This document shows positions 11,340 through 22,033 of a stretch of 32,000 nt of DNA, in pieces. The stretch's first letter is position 1. Each line of letters starts with the position of its first letter. The translations under genes were made by a program, and so were the position numbers. This DNA is from an uncultured Methanobrevibacter sp. (GTDB lineage Archaea; Methanobacteriota; Methanobacteria; Methanobacteriales; Methanobacteriaceae): assembly GCA_946541845.1 (NCBI GenBank), contig CAMNJW010000004.1, positions 2,837 to 34,836 of the forward strand. Direction: 5' to 3'. A model generated the notes under the pieces. The model saw only the letters and a program-made list of their open reading frames with translations, ran no database searches and was not told where the DNA came from.

Positions 11340-12410
11340 TTATCGATATTTTTTTCTTTGATCCCATATTAATTTTAAGCTTTTTCTGCCGCCGTTGGAA
11401 TTGTCAAACATTCTCATATCCCTTGTTAACTCGGCAACTTTAATGCTTGCTTTGGAACCGTTTTTTATTAATCTTGAACCATGCGGCTTTTTCATATGTC
11501 CTACAGCATATTCTATGTCATATGCTGATACAACATCAATCCCCAATGATTGTGCCAGATCATTACTTGCATGTTGTGTATGGAATCCTAATAATTTAAC
11601 GCTAGGAACTGATAAGGCTCCAACTTCGATTGTAACGCCCATACCTGCACAGTATATTACTCCTTGTGAAGCATTCATCAAACTGATTAGATCAACATAT
11701 CCATCAATTACATAAACTCCTTTTCGGGTAATAAACTTACTGATTGATTTTGCTTCAAATCGATAAGGTATGATTAGTATGATCTTATCCAATTTTTGAA
11801 CTTCCTGAATGATTCGTGGAATGTCACTTGCCCTTGTATCTCCTCCTAAAAAGAGAACATAAAAATCATTTATACCATAATGCCTGTAAATCTCTTCAGG
11901 ATCCATGATTGGAACTCTGTTGACATATTCTGCTTGAGGATATCCCTTAATATTAACTGTATTGGTAATCCCATACATTTTTTTCAAGATTTTTTTAGCA
12001 TGCATGTTAGGTACCGTGATTAAATCTGCGTAGGCAATCATTTCTATAGGATTGTAGAGGTCCTGTTCGATGTGTAGTTTGGGGATTTTTAATTTTTTTG
12101 CTGCAGATATTCCTTTTCTGACATCTCCGGCATTTCCACAGGTTAACACCAATTCTGCATCAGCGGATTTTAGTGCTTTGTAAGTTCTAAAAGTATCCTG
12201 CAAAACCAATCTGCCAATAGTTAAATCACTACGTTTTGTAGTGGTGTTTCTTCTTCCTTTACCTATAGGCAAAACTTCAGAACTATACGGACGTAATAAT
12301 TTTTCTGCCCCTTCACTATGAGTTAAAGAAGTTATATTATCATTTAATTTTTCAATAACCGGAATCAACGTTTTGGCCGGCGCTGTTTCTGCCACTACTG
12401 CTATGTTCAT
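11340..12410 (-). CDS. Glycosyltransferase-like (GT-B fold / DUF354-like) protein
   Basis: 356 aa. LVLTCGNAGDVRKGISAAKKLKIPKLHIEQD, FLGGDTRASDIPRIIQE, and YCAGMGVTIEVGALSVPSVKLLGF resemble the UDP-GlcNAc 2-epimerase/GT-B pattern. Confidence 0.6.
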   Translation of the reverse strand: MNIAVVAETAPAKTLIPVIEKLNDNITSLTHSEGAEKLLRPYSSEVLPIGKGRRNTTTKRSDLTIGRLVLQDTFRTYKALKSADAELVLTCGNAGDVRKGISAAKKLKIPKLHIEQDLYNPIEMIAYADLITVPNMHAKKILKKMYGITNTVNIKGYPQAEYVNRVPIMDPEEIYRHYGINDFYVLFLGGDTRASDIPRIIQEVQKLDKIILIIPYRFEAKSISKFITRKGVYVIDGYVDLISLMNASQGVIYCAGMGVTIEVGALSVPSVKLLGFHTQHASNDLAQSLGIDVVSAYDIEYAVGHMKKPHGSRLIKNGSKASIKVAELTRDMRMFDNSNGGRKSLKLIWDQRKKYR

Positions 12411-13517
12411 CTACACATCCCCCCTTTTAATTGATACTGAATATAAAATTATTATTATTGTAATTAAGAAGAACAACAGAACTACCAAATCGGTTGGTCC
12501 TGTTTCTATCCAAATAAATACGTGTGCAAGCAATATTGCATATAATCCTACGAAAACATTTCCCAATGATTTTTGAATCAGGTAAATGAAGTTCATTACT
12601 GCCCCTAATAAAAACATCTGAAGCAACATTGCATATAATCCAAAATCCAACAATGCCGGACCAAATATCATTGAGGTAGTTGAATGAGCATAACCCAGAG
12701 TTGTAGAGCCAACTATAACCCTCGGATCAGTAGATTTGAAAAATCCCATTAATGTATTGTATAACAATTGACCATGTGTACTTCCCTGTAAAACCACCGC
12801 ATGATCAAGTACCTGCAATGTATATCCTGCCCTGTAGAACAATAACTCCAATGGACTTAAAGTCCAGGTTTGCCATTCTATTGATTTTACAGCAACATAT
12901 CCCACGATTAACAATAGAATGAATATTGCAATGATAGCTAATAACAAATATTTCCATTTTAAATCTTTAGTGTAATATAATGTGATTAACATGCTTATTA
13001 CAATAGCCATAACGGTTGTTCTATAACCCGTAAATACAAACAGCACTAATCCGATAATAAATAGCAGATAATACTTTTTGTTATTGTATCTGGCCATCAG
13101 AATATTAATGGATGGTAAAAATATCAGATAGGATAACAGCCATATTCTTGTAGCTGCATGTGCTTTCAAATATCCGCTAAATAAAGGTATGCCACCCAAA
13201 TATATTAAATTAATCACTTGTAGGCAAATACCAACAATAACCAAAGACAGAAGTATTTTTTCTGAAAAAATCCTGTTTATCTTGGTTTCATTTAATGAAA
13301 ACTCTTTATTATTAAGTAGATACCTAGATAAACAAAGACCTCCCACATAAAATACTAAACCCAATCCTATAACGTATAATGTATTTATGTTTATGCCAAC
13401 TAACTCTTTTAAATGATAATTAAAGGCTATTTGTGAAAAAATTAGATAAACAACAACCAATAAGACAAAAACCAATGGTGAAAAAATATCAAACTTTTTG
13501 TAATTCATAACAATCAA
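12411..13517 (-). CDS. Polytopic membrane protein, probable oligosaccharide repeat-unit polymerase (Wzy-like)
   Basis: 368 aa, roughly 10 hydrophobic segments, AHAATRIWLLSYLIFLP...YRTTVMAIVISM and long extracytoplasmic loop, as in archaeal O-antigen polymerase-like proteins. Confidence 0.6.
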   Translation of the reverse strand: MIVMNYKKFDIFSPLVFVLLVVVYLIFSQIAFNYHLKELVGININTLYVIGLGLVFYVGGLCLSRYLLNNKEFSLNETKINRIFSEKILLSLVIVGICLQVINLIYLGGIPLFSGYLKAHAATRIWLLSYLIFLPSINILMARYNNKKYYLLFIIGLVLFVFTGYRTTVMAIVISMLITLYYTKDLKWKYLLLAIIAIFILLLIVGYVAVKSIEWQTWTLSPLELLFYRAGYTLQVLDHAVVLQGSTHGQLLYNTLMGFFKSTDPRVIVGSTTLGYAHSTTSMIFGPALLDFGLYAMLLQMFLLGAVMNFIYLIQKSLGNVFVGLYAILLAHVFIWIETGPTDLVVLLFFLITIIIILYSVSIKRGDV

Positions 13518-13612
13518 CCATAAAATAGTTTATTAGCATTCAATAAATACTAAACTATATAAGTATATCTTTATAAAGTGATATAAACATTTTATTTTAA
13601 TTAACAGATTTT

Positions 13613-15181
13613 GTGAACAACATGTCAAATAAAGTACTGAAAAATAGTTTTATACTGTTAATAGGTAACCTTTTGTTCAGATTAGGAGGATACATCAACC
13701 GGTTATTGATGAGCAGAATGCTTGGACCGGAAGGTTACGGTTTATATGGATTAACGTTACCTTTTCAGGGTATTTTCCAAATACTGTCTGCAGGAGGATT
13801 ACCACCTGCAATATCCAAATATGTGGCAGAGTATAATGCAAAGGATGAGAAAGCGTTAACAAGACAGGTTATTTTAACTGCAACCAAGTTTATGGTTTTG
13901 ATGGCCATATTGCTTAGTATAGTATTGCTGTTTTCATCAGACTTTATTGCCAACAACATTTTTCACAAGCCCCTTGTTGTATGGCCGTTAAGAGCTGTTA
14001 GTTTAATTACACCATTTAGTGTTATTGTTGGAGCCATGAGAGGGGCTTTTCAGGGTGTTTATAAAAATGAGTACACCGTTTACAATAGACTTGCTGAACA
14101 GGTAGCTACAATAGTCTTTGCTTGTGTATTTGTATATTGTGGATTGTATGCGATGGGTGCAGTCCTTGGTGGAGCCTTTGGTTTTATGGTTTCTGCACTT
14201 ACTGCCGTGGTTTTGTATAAGAAATATATCAGTCCGATTTTTTATTCTGAGGACTCCTTGAATTTAACTTTTAGGGAAGAGTTAAAACTGTTATGGATGT
14301 TAATACGTTTTGCAGTTCCAGTAGCCATTACTGCCCTTTCAGAAATGGCTATTTATGATGTGGGAACATTGGTTATTGGTTATTTCATGCTGTCATCCGA
14401 TGTGGGTTTTTATAATGCGGCAGATCCGATATCCAGAATTCCGTTAGTTATTTCATTGTCTGTTTCAACCGTTCTCTTACCTGCAACTGCTGAAGCATAT
14501 GCTTTAAAGAACCATAAACTATTACAGGAATATGTTAGCGACTGTTTACGATATAGTATTTTGACCGTGTTGCCATTATGTGTTTTAATAAGTGTATTCA
14601 GTACTCCTATCATCACATTATTATTTGGTGGCGCATATACTCAGGGATCAGGACCTTTAAGCATATTGGTTATTGGAATGTCCTTTTACAGCATTTACAT
14701 GATTTGCAGCAGTATCCTACAGGGAACAGGCAAACCAAGATTACCTATGATTATCTTATTGGTTGGTACATTGTTGAATGTTGTATTAAATGCCCTGTTT
14801 GTATCCAGAATGGGTATTATCGGTGCTGCAATAGCAACCACAATTACAACATTCCTCCTTATGCTTGTGATAATGTACTTTGTAATCAGAAATACGAAGA
14901 TATCCCTTCCATGGAAAAATATTGTAATGATAATAATGGCAAACATTATTTTGACAATAGTTTGTGTTCTTATTCCAAAAAGTATCATAGGATCAATATT
15001 TGGATTGATTATAGGTAGTGTTGCCTATGTTATTTCATTAATAATGCTTAAGGTCTTAACTAAAAGAGATTTGGACTTTTTTGCACGATATTTTAATAAA
15101 ATACCAGTGCTAAACAGGTTTAGTGAAAAGATAGTTAAATATATTGAAAAGAAAGAATTAATATATAAATTAGAAGATTAG
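13613..15181 (+). CDS. Polysaccharide biosynthesis flippase, MATE/MOP superfamily (Wzx/SpoVB/MurJ-like)
   Basis: 522 aa, about 14 TM segments, LLIGNLLFRLGGYINRLLMSRMLGPEGYGLYGLTLPFQGIF...AGGLPPAISKYVAEY. Confidence 0.88.
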   Translation: MNNMSNKVLKNSFILLIGNLLFRLGGYINRLLMSRMLGPEGYGLYGLTLPFQGIFQILSAGGLPPAISKYVAEYNAKDEKALTRQVILTATKFMVLMAILLSIVLLFSSDFIANNIFHKPLVVWPLRAVSLITPFSVIVGAMRGAFQGVYKNEYTVYNRLAEQVATIVFACVFVYCGLYAMGAVLGGAFGFMVSALTAVVLYKKYISPIFYSEDSLNLTFREELKLLWMLIRFAVPVAITALSEMAIYDVGTLVIGYFMLSSDVGFYNAADPISRIPLVISLSVSTVLLPATAEAYALKNHKLLQEYVSDCLRYSILTVLPLCVLISVFSTPIITLLFGGAYTQGSGPLSILVIGMSFYSIYMICSSILQGTGKPRLPMIILLVGTLLNVVLNALFVSRMGIIGAAIATTITTFLLMLVIMYFVIRNTKISLPWKNIVMIIMANIILTIVCVLIPKSIIGSIFGLIIGSVAYVISLIMLKVLTKRDLDFFARYFNKIPVLNRFSEKIVKYIEKKELIYKLED

Positions 15182-15202
15182 AACGTTAAAAGAGATGTTA
15201 AC

Positions 15203-15787
15203 ATGGCTAAAAATAGAAAGGTAAAATTAAGTAGAAAAACAAAAGAAACTGACATAACAATTGAATTAAACATTGATGGTAATGGAAAAAGCAATATAGA
15301 TACTGGATTAAAGTTTTTAGACCATATGCTTGAATCTTTTAGTAAACACGGATTTTTTGATTTGAATGTTAAGGCTGTTGGAGACATCGAAGTAGATGAT
15401 CACCATACTGTCGAGGATACAGCATTATTGCTTGGAGAATGTTTTAAAGAAGCATTAAGTGATAAAAAAGGAATAAACCGTATGGGTTTTAGTGTTGTAC
15501 CTATGGATGAGTCATTAGCCCAGGTTGCTGTAGACATTAGTGGAAGGAACTACACTGTTTTCAAAGCAAATTTCAAATACCAAAAAATAGGAGACATAAG
15601 TTCTGAAAACGTTAAACATTTCATTGAATCATTCGCAAATACGTCTCTCATGAACATAAATGTTAAAGCAGAAGGAGAAAATGACCATCATATTTGTGAA
15701 GCAATATTTAAAGCATTGGCTCGTTCTTTAAATACTGCAACAACAATTACTCATGATCAAATATTAAGTACTAAAGGAATATTATAA
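15203..15787 (+). CDS. hisB: Imidazoleglycerol-phosphate dehydratase
   Basis: 194 aa with [59 protein letters not shown] and [18 protein letters not shown]. Confidence 0.97.
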   Translation: MAKNRKVKLSRKTKETDITIELNIDGNGKSNIDTGLKFLDHMLESFSKHGFFDLNVKAVGDIEVDDHHTVEDTALLLGECFKEALSDKKGINRMGFSVVPMDESLAQVAVDISGRNYTVFKANFKYQKIGDISSENVKHFIESFANTSLMNINVKAEGENDHHICEAIFKALARSLNTATTITHDQILSTKGIL

Positions 15788-15814
15788 CTTTTTTTACCTT
15801 TTACTCTCTTTTTT

Positions 15815-16645
15815 TTATTTATATGTATCAACCAAGGATTGTCTTACCCATACTGAGCCGTCTTTTGCGTGTGGTGTTCTTAAAACAGTGTCATTTGATT
15901 TTTCTATTTCTCGTGCTTCATCTGCCATTTTTGCTGCTGCAGACATTAATTCGTGAGACGCTGTTACTAATGGAATATACACATCAGGTTCATCTGTTTG
16001 GAAACATGCCTTGATATTCATTTCTGAGACCAAAGATGCCATATTGTATGCAGCTATTGCTTTACCCATTGCATATGGATTTTTAAAACCTGCATTGAAT
16101 ACTGCCAGTTCTGCCGTGACAACAAGTTGCGGTAATTCAATGTTTTCATTTTCGGTAATTTGTCCAAGTAACTTATCTATGGCTCCGGCAACCAAACGTA
16201 AAGTTCCCGTGACTGACAATACTTTCAAGACATCGGCATTAAACAGAGCCATTTCTGTAGGATCCAAAAATTCTCTTCTTGCACCTATCATTGCATCCGC
16301 ATGTATGAGTATGTATCCCAAATTCTTCTCTTTCATCCTGTTGATACTTTTTTCACCAGGTTTATCTCCTATGATTACTGTAGGAATGTCTTTTTTTGAT
16401 AATTCTTCCCATGCATTCCTTGGCTGAACAGCGTTAGGATTCGGAGTTATAAAAATCAGTAAATCAGGATTGAAATCAAATATTTTAGGCAATATTTCAT
16501 GTATTTGTTTTTTTCCCATTTTAGCCCCGGAACTTATTGTCCTGACATCAATATCTTGTCTGTCTGCCCGTTCATCCAATATCAAATCTATTATAGGGGA
16601 TGTTCCAATGTTTCCAACTTTAATTATTCCAATTTTCAATACCAT
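15815..16645 (-). CDS. mtd: F420-dependent methylenetetrahydromethanopterin dehydrogenase
   Basis: 276 aa, MVLKIGIIKVGNIGTSPIIDLILDERADRQDIDVRTISSGAKM and PNAVQPRNAWEEL...GDKPGEKSI. Confidence 0.96.
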   Translation of the reverse strand: MVLKIGIIKVGNIGTSPIIDLILDERADRQDIDVRTISSGAKMGKKQIHEILPKIFDFNPDLLIFITPNPNAVQPRNAWEELSKKDIPTVIIGDKPGEKSINRMKEKNLGYILIHADAMIGARREFLDPTEMALFNADVLKVLSVTGTLRLVAGAIDKLLGQITENENIELPQLVVTAELAVFNAGFKNPYAMGKAIAAYNMASLVSEMNIKACFQTDEPDVYIPLVTASHELMSAAAKMADEAREIEKSNDTVLRTPHAKDGSVWVRQSLVDTYK

Positions 16646-16676
16646 ATTTTCACACCATATCTTATATTATATTTAT

Positions 16677-18038
16677 TCATTTCCCATCAATTATAGATTG
16701 TGTAAAGTTATATGCAAAATCAGGTAAACATGACGTATGAGTATGTATATAACTGGCAACTGTTTTATTTTTTAGCAAACCATCATATTTTCCCGTGATT
16801 CCAACCCCACGTTTCATTTCGAATGCAAAATCGTTCTTGTTTGATCCCGTGTACTCTACCTTGGAATAATGGAACTCGTGACCGTGGTACTGCTGGCCTT
16901 TTTTAAGAATCGGGTTGTCCTGTATTACCTGTGCTATAGTATAACTTAATCCCTGTACTTTTTTGGTCAGCATGGATTTGTATGGAAATACGTCCACCAT
17001 CGGCAAATCATCTATGGATTTTGTAAGATACATCAATCCACCACATTCTGCATAAATCGGATTGTTGTCTTGTGAAAAATCCTTAATTGATTTCAACATG
17101 CTTTTGTTTTGGGATAATTCCTTCTTGAACACTTCCGGATATCCCCCTCCAATGTATAGTGCATCAACATCAGGCATTTCTTCATCATGTATCGGACTGA
17201 AAAAGACTAATTCTGCATTGTTTGCTTCCAATGCTTCCATGTTTTCCTGATAATAAAAGTTAAATGCCTCATCAAACGGTATTCCTATTCTTGTTTTTTC
17301 ATGAGTAGTATTATCCATCCATATCGGTTCATAATCATCAGTTATAGGTTTAGAATTATCCATTATTTCCACCAACATATCCAAATCTATGTTGTCTTCG
17401 ATTAATTCTCCCCATTTTTCTATTAAATGTTTTATACGTTCTTCTTCCACGGCAGGTATTAAACCCAAATGTCTCTGTTCCATAGTGATGGATTTGTCCC
17501 TGACTATTCCCCCGATTACAGGAGTATTTGCCAGTGTTTCAACAGCTTCTTTTGTTTTTAAATAATGTTTTTGACTTTTGACGTTGTTTAAGATTACTCC
17601 CTGAATGTTTATTTGATTATCCAATGCCTTGAATCCCAGAGTCATTGCAGCTGCACTTCTAACCAAACTTCTACTGTTTATTATAAGAATGACTGGTGCA
17701 TTTAATGCTTTGGCTATGGAGGATGTTGTTCCAACATCTGTTATGGGGCTGATTCCTTCATATAATCCCCTAACTCCTTCTATTATTCCATAATCAGCAT
17801 TACTTCTTTCCATACCCTGTTTGAAGGATTGTCTTATTTGTCCATTTGACATGAAAAATGAATCCAAATTTCGTGCATTGTTTCCTGTGGCACATTTATG
17901 ATATGATGGATCTATATAATCCGGCCCCACCTTAAATGATTGTATTTTATGTTTTTTTGACAAAGCCCTCATAATTCCTGTGGAAATGGTTGTTTTACCA
18001 ACCCCACTGCCTGTTCCAGATAATACTACTCGTTTCAT
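16677..18038 (-). CDS. cfbB: Ni-sirohydrochlorin / cobyrinate a,c-diamide synthase
   Basis: 453 aa. N-term [35 protein letters not shown]; C-term [41 protein letters not shown]. Specificity for F430 vs cobalamin cannot be decided from sequence alone. Confidence 0.9.
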   Translation of the reverse strand: MKRVVLSGTGSGVGKTTISTGIMRALSKKHKIQSFKVGPDYIDPSYHKCATGNNARNLDSFFMSNGQIRQSFKQGMERSNADYGIIEGVRGLYEGISPITDVGTTSSIAKALNAPVILIINSRSLVRSAAAMTLGFKALDNQINIQGVILNNVKSQKHYLKTKEAVETLANTPVIGGIVRDKSITMEQRHLGLIPAVEEERIKHLIEKWGELIEDNIDLDMLVEIMDNSKPITDDYEPIWMDNTTHEKTRIGIPFDEAFNFYYQENMEALEANNAELVFFSPIHDEEMPDVDALYIGGGYPEVFKKELSQNKSMLKSIKDFSQDNNPIYAECGGLMYLTKSIDDLPMVDVFPYKSMLTKKVQGLSYTIAQVIQDNPILKKGQQYHGHEFHYSKVEYTGSNKNDFAFEMKRGVGITGKYDGLLKNKTVASYIHTHTSCLPDFAYNFTQSIIDGK

Positions 18039-18219
18039 ATAATAACCTTTAATTTAATAATTGCAACAGCTTTTGATTATATATTATATTTCAAAAACAT
18101 CACATAAATTTTTTATGAATAACAAAAATACCTATATAAAATATGATATATAAAAAAAAGTACAAAAATAAATTATAGAATGTTTTTTTGTAAAAATTTG
18201 AGAAATTCAGTGAGAGATT

Positions 18220-19365
18220 GTGATGGTTAACGAAAGAATAGTTGCATTATCTAATCAATTAAGAGAAGAAGGTGTGTCAGTTAGTGTTCGCAGTACTAAA
18301 ACAGCCTGCGATGTTTGGAACCTAATGAAAGGTTCTACTGATATAAAGGATATGCAATATGCACTTAAAACTGTTTATATTAAAGATACTCATGATGAAC
18401 AGAAGTTTGATGATATCTTCGAAGAATTGTTTGCAGAGCCCGAAGAAGGTGTCAAACATACAACCAAGGAAGAGTCTGACAGTCCATTTAAAGACCCCGC
18501 AATAGAACAGGAAGACATAATGGGCTTGCCTGATTCACAGATTAGTGAAATACCAATAGAACAGATGATTCCCCCTGAATTTGATGCTGAAAATTTACAA
18601 CAAAACAAGATTCATGAAAAAGATTTGTTGAAAAGCGATATCAACCATTTGAACACTTTTGATGAAAGAATAGTTGATTTATGCAGGAAATTAGGTAAAA
18701 AAATAGCAAACAGCAGAGCCCGAAGAAAAAGACTGATGAAATCAAATAACATCAATATGCCTCGTACCATACGTACAAATCTAAAGAATGGTGGTAAGTT
18801 AATAGATATTGTATATGCAAAACCAAAACTTAACAAAACCAAGCACATATTCCTGAATGATGTGAGCGGTTCATGTGATTGGATTAGTAACTGGTTTTTT
18901 TCAATAATCTACGGTTGTCAAAGGTCATTCGATAAGATTTCCTGTTTTGAATTTGACAGTAAAGTTATTGAAACAACAGATGCTTTGAAAACCGAATCCT
19001 ATGAAATTTCCTATGAGGCAGTTACTTTAAAGAAACTTCAAAGAGGAATGATACATGGACAATCAGATATGGCAGCATCATTTAAAGAGTTTTTAGCAAG
19101 AACACATCTTAATCACAGGACAACAGTCATAATATTAAGTGATTGTAGGGATTGGCAGGGAAAAAGAGAAGATGGTATCCTTGAAAGTGCAGTGATACTT
19201 AAGGAAATTGTTACTAAAAGCGCCAAAGTGTTGATTTTCAATCCCGAACCTGAAAGCAAATGGGACACCCCCACAAGCTGTGTGAGAGACTATCAAAATG
19301 CGGGTGCCGAAGTATATGAAATTAAAAATTTGGATCATTTAGCCAGATTAATAACTGATTTGTGA
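18220..19365 (+). CDS. VWA-domain (CoxE-like) protein
   Basis: 381 aa with MIDAS-like DVSGSCDWISNWFF, IYGCQRSFDKISCFEFDS, and VIILSDCRDWQG. ATG at 18223 is a likely alternative to the GTG start. Confidence 0.8.
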   Translation: MMVNERIVALSNQLREEGVSVSVRSTKTACDVWNLMKGSTDIKDMQYALKTVYIKDTHDEQKFDDIFEELFAEPEEGVKHTTKEESDSPFKDPAIEQEDIMGLPDSQISEIPIEQMIPPEFDAENLQQNKIHEKDLLKSDINHLNTFDERIVDLCRKLGKKIANSRARRKRLMKSNNINMPRTIRTNLKNGGKLIDIVYAKPKLNKTKHIFLNDVSGSCDWISNWFFSIIYGCQRSFDKISCFEFDSKVIETTDALKTESYEISYEAVTLKKLQRGMIHGQSDMAASFKEFLARTHLNHRTTVIILSDCRDWQGKREDGILESAVILKEIVTKSAKVLIFNPEPESKWDTPTSCVRDYQNAGAEVYEIKNLDHLARLITDL

Positions 19366-20525
19366 GTGAGAATATGAAATATTTTATAAGATATGGAGAA
19401 ATAGGAGTAAAAAGTCCGAAAATTAGAAGGAAATTTGAAAATAAACTTATTTCCAATATACAAAGCGAATTAAAGTGTAGTTTTGAAAATGATCAGGGCA
19501 GAATAACAATCGTTACTGATGAAAGTGATGAAAAAGTTCAGGATGTTCTTGGAAGAGTATTTGGTATTGTATCATACAGCCCTGTAAAAGAAACCAGAAC
19601 CGATAAACAGGAAATTAGTGATTTGATTAACGAAATTTTACCGGAAGTTATCAAAAAGGGCAAATTTGATCCAAAAACTGATAGTTTTGCTGTGAGATGT
19701 AGACGTGTTGGAAAACATGATTTTTCCAGTCAAGAAATGGCAGCTTATGCGGGTTCGGTTGTGATAGATGCTACAGATGCTAAAGTTAATTTGTCAAATC
19801 CTGATTTTACGTTGTATGTTGAAGTAAGAGAAGATAAGACTTTCATATATCATGAAAAAATTAAGGGTCTTGGAGGATTACCTGTGGGTAGTCAGGGAAA
19901 GGTAATTTGTTTAATATCCGGAGGAATAGATTCTCCAGTAGCAGCATTCCAGCTTTTAAAAAGAGGATGTTCAATTACATTATTACACTGTGACAATTAC
20001 CCCTTTACTGAAGGTTCTGTAGAAAAAGTTCTTAAAAATGCAGATAACCTCAGAAGATATTCTCTGGGAGAAGAAGTGAAAGTCTATTCTGTTAAATTTG
20101 GAAAATATCTTCAGCATGTTCAAAATGAGGCCCCTCCTAGAATGACTTGTGTACTGTGTAAAAGCGGTATGTATCAAATAGCATCCATGCTTGCAAAACG
20201 GGAGAAAGCCCATGCCATTGTTGATGGAAGTAGTATTGGTCAAGTTGCTTCACAAACCCTCAACAATATAGAAGTAACAAGATATCATTGTAAAATGCCG
20301 ATTTTCAGTCCATTAATCAGTATGGATAAGATTGAAATTGAAGAAATCGGTAAAAAAATAGGCACTTATGAAGTATCAATATTACCTGACAGTGGATGTA
20401 GTGCAGTTCCAAGATATCCTGAAACACATGCCGATTTGGAATTATTCAAAAAGGTTGTTGAGGATATAAATCAGGAAAAAGTTTTAGAGGATACAGCTGA
20501 AAGCTTTGAAAGAATAGACCTTTAA
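19362..20525 (+). CDS. thiI: tRNA 4-thiouridine sulfurtransferase / thiamine biosynthesis protein ThiI
   Basis: 387 aa with MKYFIRYGEIGVKSPKIRRKFENKL, THUMP region, CLISGGIDSPVAAFQLLKRG PP-loop, CVLCKSGMYQIA (CxxC), DGSSIGQVASQTLNN. ATG at 19374 may be the real start. Confidence 0.95.
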   Translation: MSENMKYFIRYGEIGVKSPKIRRKFENKLISNIQSELKCSFENDQGRITIVTDESDEKVQDVLGRVFGIVSYSPVKETRTDKQEISDLINEILPEVIKKGKFDPKTDSFAVRCRRVGKHDFSSQEMAAYAGSVVIDATDAKVNLSNPDFTLYVEVREDKTFIYHEKIKGLGGLPVGSQGKVICLISGGIDSPVAAFQLLKRGCSITLLHCDNYPFTEGSVEKVLKNADNLRRYSLGEEVKVYSVKFGKYLQHVQNEAPPRMTCVLCKSGMYQIASMLAKREKAHAIVDGSSIGQVASQTLNNIEVTRYHCKMPIFSPLISMDKIEIEEIGKKIGTYEVSILPDSGCSAVPRYPETHADLELFKKVVEDINQEKVLEDTAESFERIDL

Positions 20526-20554
20526 CCTCCAACAATTATTTTTTTTGTGGTTTT

Positions 20555-20803
20555 ATGAATTTGAAAGAAGAATTGTTATCTAATAAACATAAGATACATA
20601 CAACCCAATTAGGTATTGGAAGAATTAAAAACAATCTGGGATTATCGATAGATGATGTTGTAGAGTACTGTGTTAATATAATTGAAAATGAGAACAGTAC
20701 CGTAATTAAAAAAGGTAAAAATTATTATGTGAATTTAAAAAATACTGAACTTACTATTAATTCATCCAGTTTTACTATTATTACTGCCCATTTAAAAAAG
20801 TAA
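20555..20803 (+). CDS. DUF3781-like small protein
   Basis: 82 aa, KIHTTQLGIGRIKNNLGLSIDDVVEYC...KKGKNYYVNLKNTELTINSSSFTIITAHLKK matches my recollection of the DUF3781 pattern. Confidence 0.75.
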   Translation: MNLKEELLSNKHKIHTTQLGIGRIKNNLGLSIDDVVEYCVNIIENENSTVIKKGKNYYVNLKNTELTINSSSFTIITAHLKK

Positions 20804-20812
20804 TGGACAAAG

Positions 20813-22033
20813 TTATAACTTTTTGTCCAAATATTGTCCTAATCTTCTTGATAATGCAAGAATAGTGTATATTGGCGGTAAACCCGGTGCCTTAGGTAAT
20901 ACTGACCCGTCAGCTACATAGAGGTTTTTTATTTCTGTTTCTAAATTGCTGTCAACCACATCTCCTATTCTGGCAGATGCTATTAAGTGTGCTCCCCTCA
21001 CATGGGTTGAGGATATACTTTCAATATCTGCCCCTGCTTTTACAAGGATGTTTCCTGCAATTGCAGCTCCTCTTGCAAGTAATGATGCATCTTCAAAGTC
21101 TATACCTTTTTCCACTTCATTCAGATAAACATGACCCTTAAGGTTATCTGGAATCTTTATCATGAAACTGATAATGTCATCTACGGTTGCATCAGGATGT
21201 GTTTCCTGTATTTTTGGCAATAGGAACTGGCTTGTATGTGATGCAATAACAATATGTGGCAATTTTATGAATTTGTTCATTTGAATTTCATTGTCCTGTC
21301 TTGCACCCTTTAAGTATCCTCCAACAGTTATGAAAGGATCTACTGAAAAAGTTTCACCCGCCTTAATTCCTGCAGTTCTTAATAATTTTGGTGTAATCAT
21401 ACCACCCGCAGCTAAAACAACAATGTCGGCATAGTATTGATTTCCCTGATCTGTTTTAACACCCTTAATTTCATTGTTTTGTGTTATTAAACCAGTCACT
21501 CCCTCGTTTGTTATTAATTTAACGCCGTTTTTCTGGGCAACCTCCCAATCTTTCAAACTATCCCATTTGGCTCCATGAGGACAACCCCATGCACATTTAC
21601 CACATTGTTTACATTTGGATGGATTTATTGCCTTTGGCATGTCCTGCATGTCCAAACCCAATTGAGTAGCTGCATCATACAATAATTTATTGATTTTACC
21701 TTCATGACTTTTAGGCATTGTCTGAATACCTATTTCATCCTTTAGTTGTTCCAGTTGAGGAGTTATGTCTATATCATATTCTTTTAATTCATCAACAAGA
21801 GAGGGTACGAAATTTCCTGCTATTACTAAGGATGATCCTCCAACAACATTCGTTTTGATTAATTCCATTTCATTTTTATCCCATACATCATAAAATTTGT
21901 ATGCTTCTGATGCATCAGCCAATGGTCCTTTCTCCAGGATTGTTATGTTAACATTAGAATTTTTAGATAGTTCTCTTGCAACACTCAAACCGCCAGTTCC
22001 GGCACCGACAATAATTACTTCTTTCATAAACAT
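20813..22033 (-). CDS. FAD-dependent GMC-type oxidoreductase
   Basis: 406 aa, VIIVGAGTGGLSVARELSKN, CKQCGKCAWGCPHGAKW Cys cluster, C-terminal NLYVADGSVLPKAPGLPPIYTILALSRRLG. Confidence 0.85.
   Translation of the reverse strand: MFMKEVIIVGAGTGGLSVARELSKNSNVNITILEKGPLADASEAYKFYDVWDKNEMELIKTNVVGGSSLVIAGNFVPSLVDELKEYDIDITPQLEQLKDEIGIQTMPKSHEGKINKLLYDAATQLGLDMQDMPKAINPSKCKQCGKCAWGCPHGAKWDSLKDWEVAQKNGVKLITNEGVTGLITQNNEIKGVKTDQGNQYYADIVVLAAGGMITPKLLRTAGIKAGETFSVDPFITVGGYLKGARQDNEIQMNKFIKLPHIVIASHTSQFLLPKIQETHPDATVDDIISFMIKIPDNLKGHVYLNEVEKGIDFEDASLLARGAAIAGNILVKAGADIESISSTHVRGAHLIASARIGDVVDSNLETEIKNLYVADGSVLPKAPGLPPIYTILALSRRLGQYLDKKL

Noticed and set aside
14578-15018. 146-aa + strand ORF inside the flippase gene
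   Set aside because: Out-of-frame overlap of a convincing MOP flippase gene; rich in Tyr/Cys/His/Asn from reading AT-rich coding DNA in the wrong frame.
16011-16427. 138-aa + strand ORF antisense to mtd
   Set aside because: Shadow ORF of a well-supported gene; hydrophobic composition derives from the opposite strand coding.
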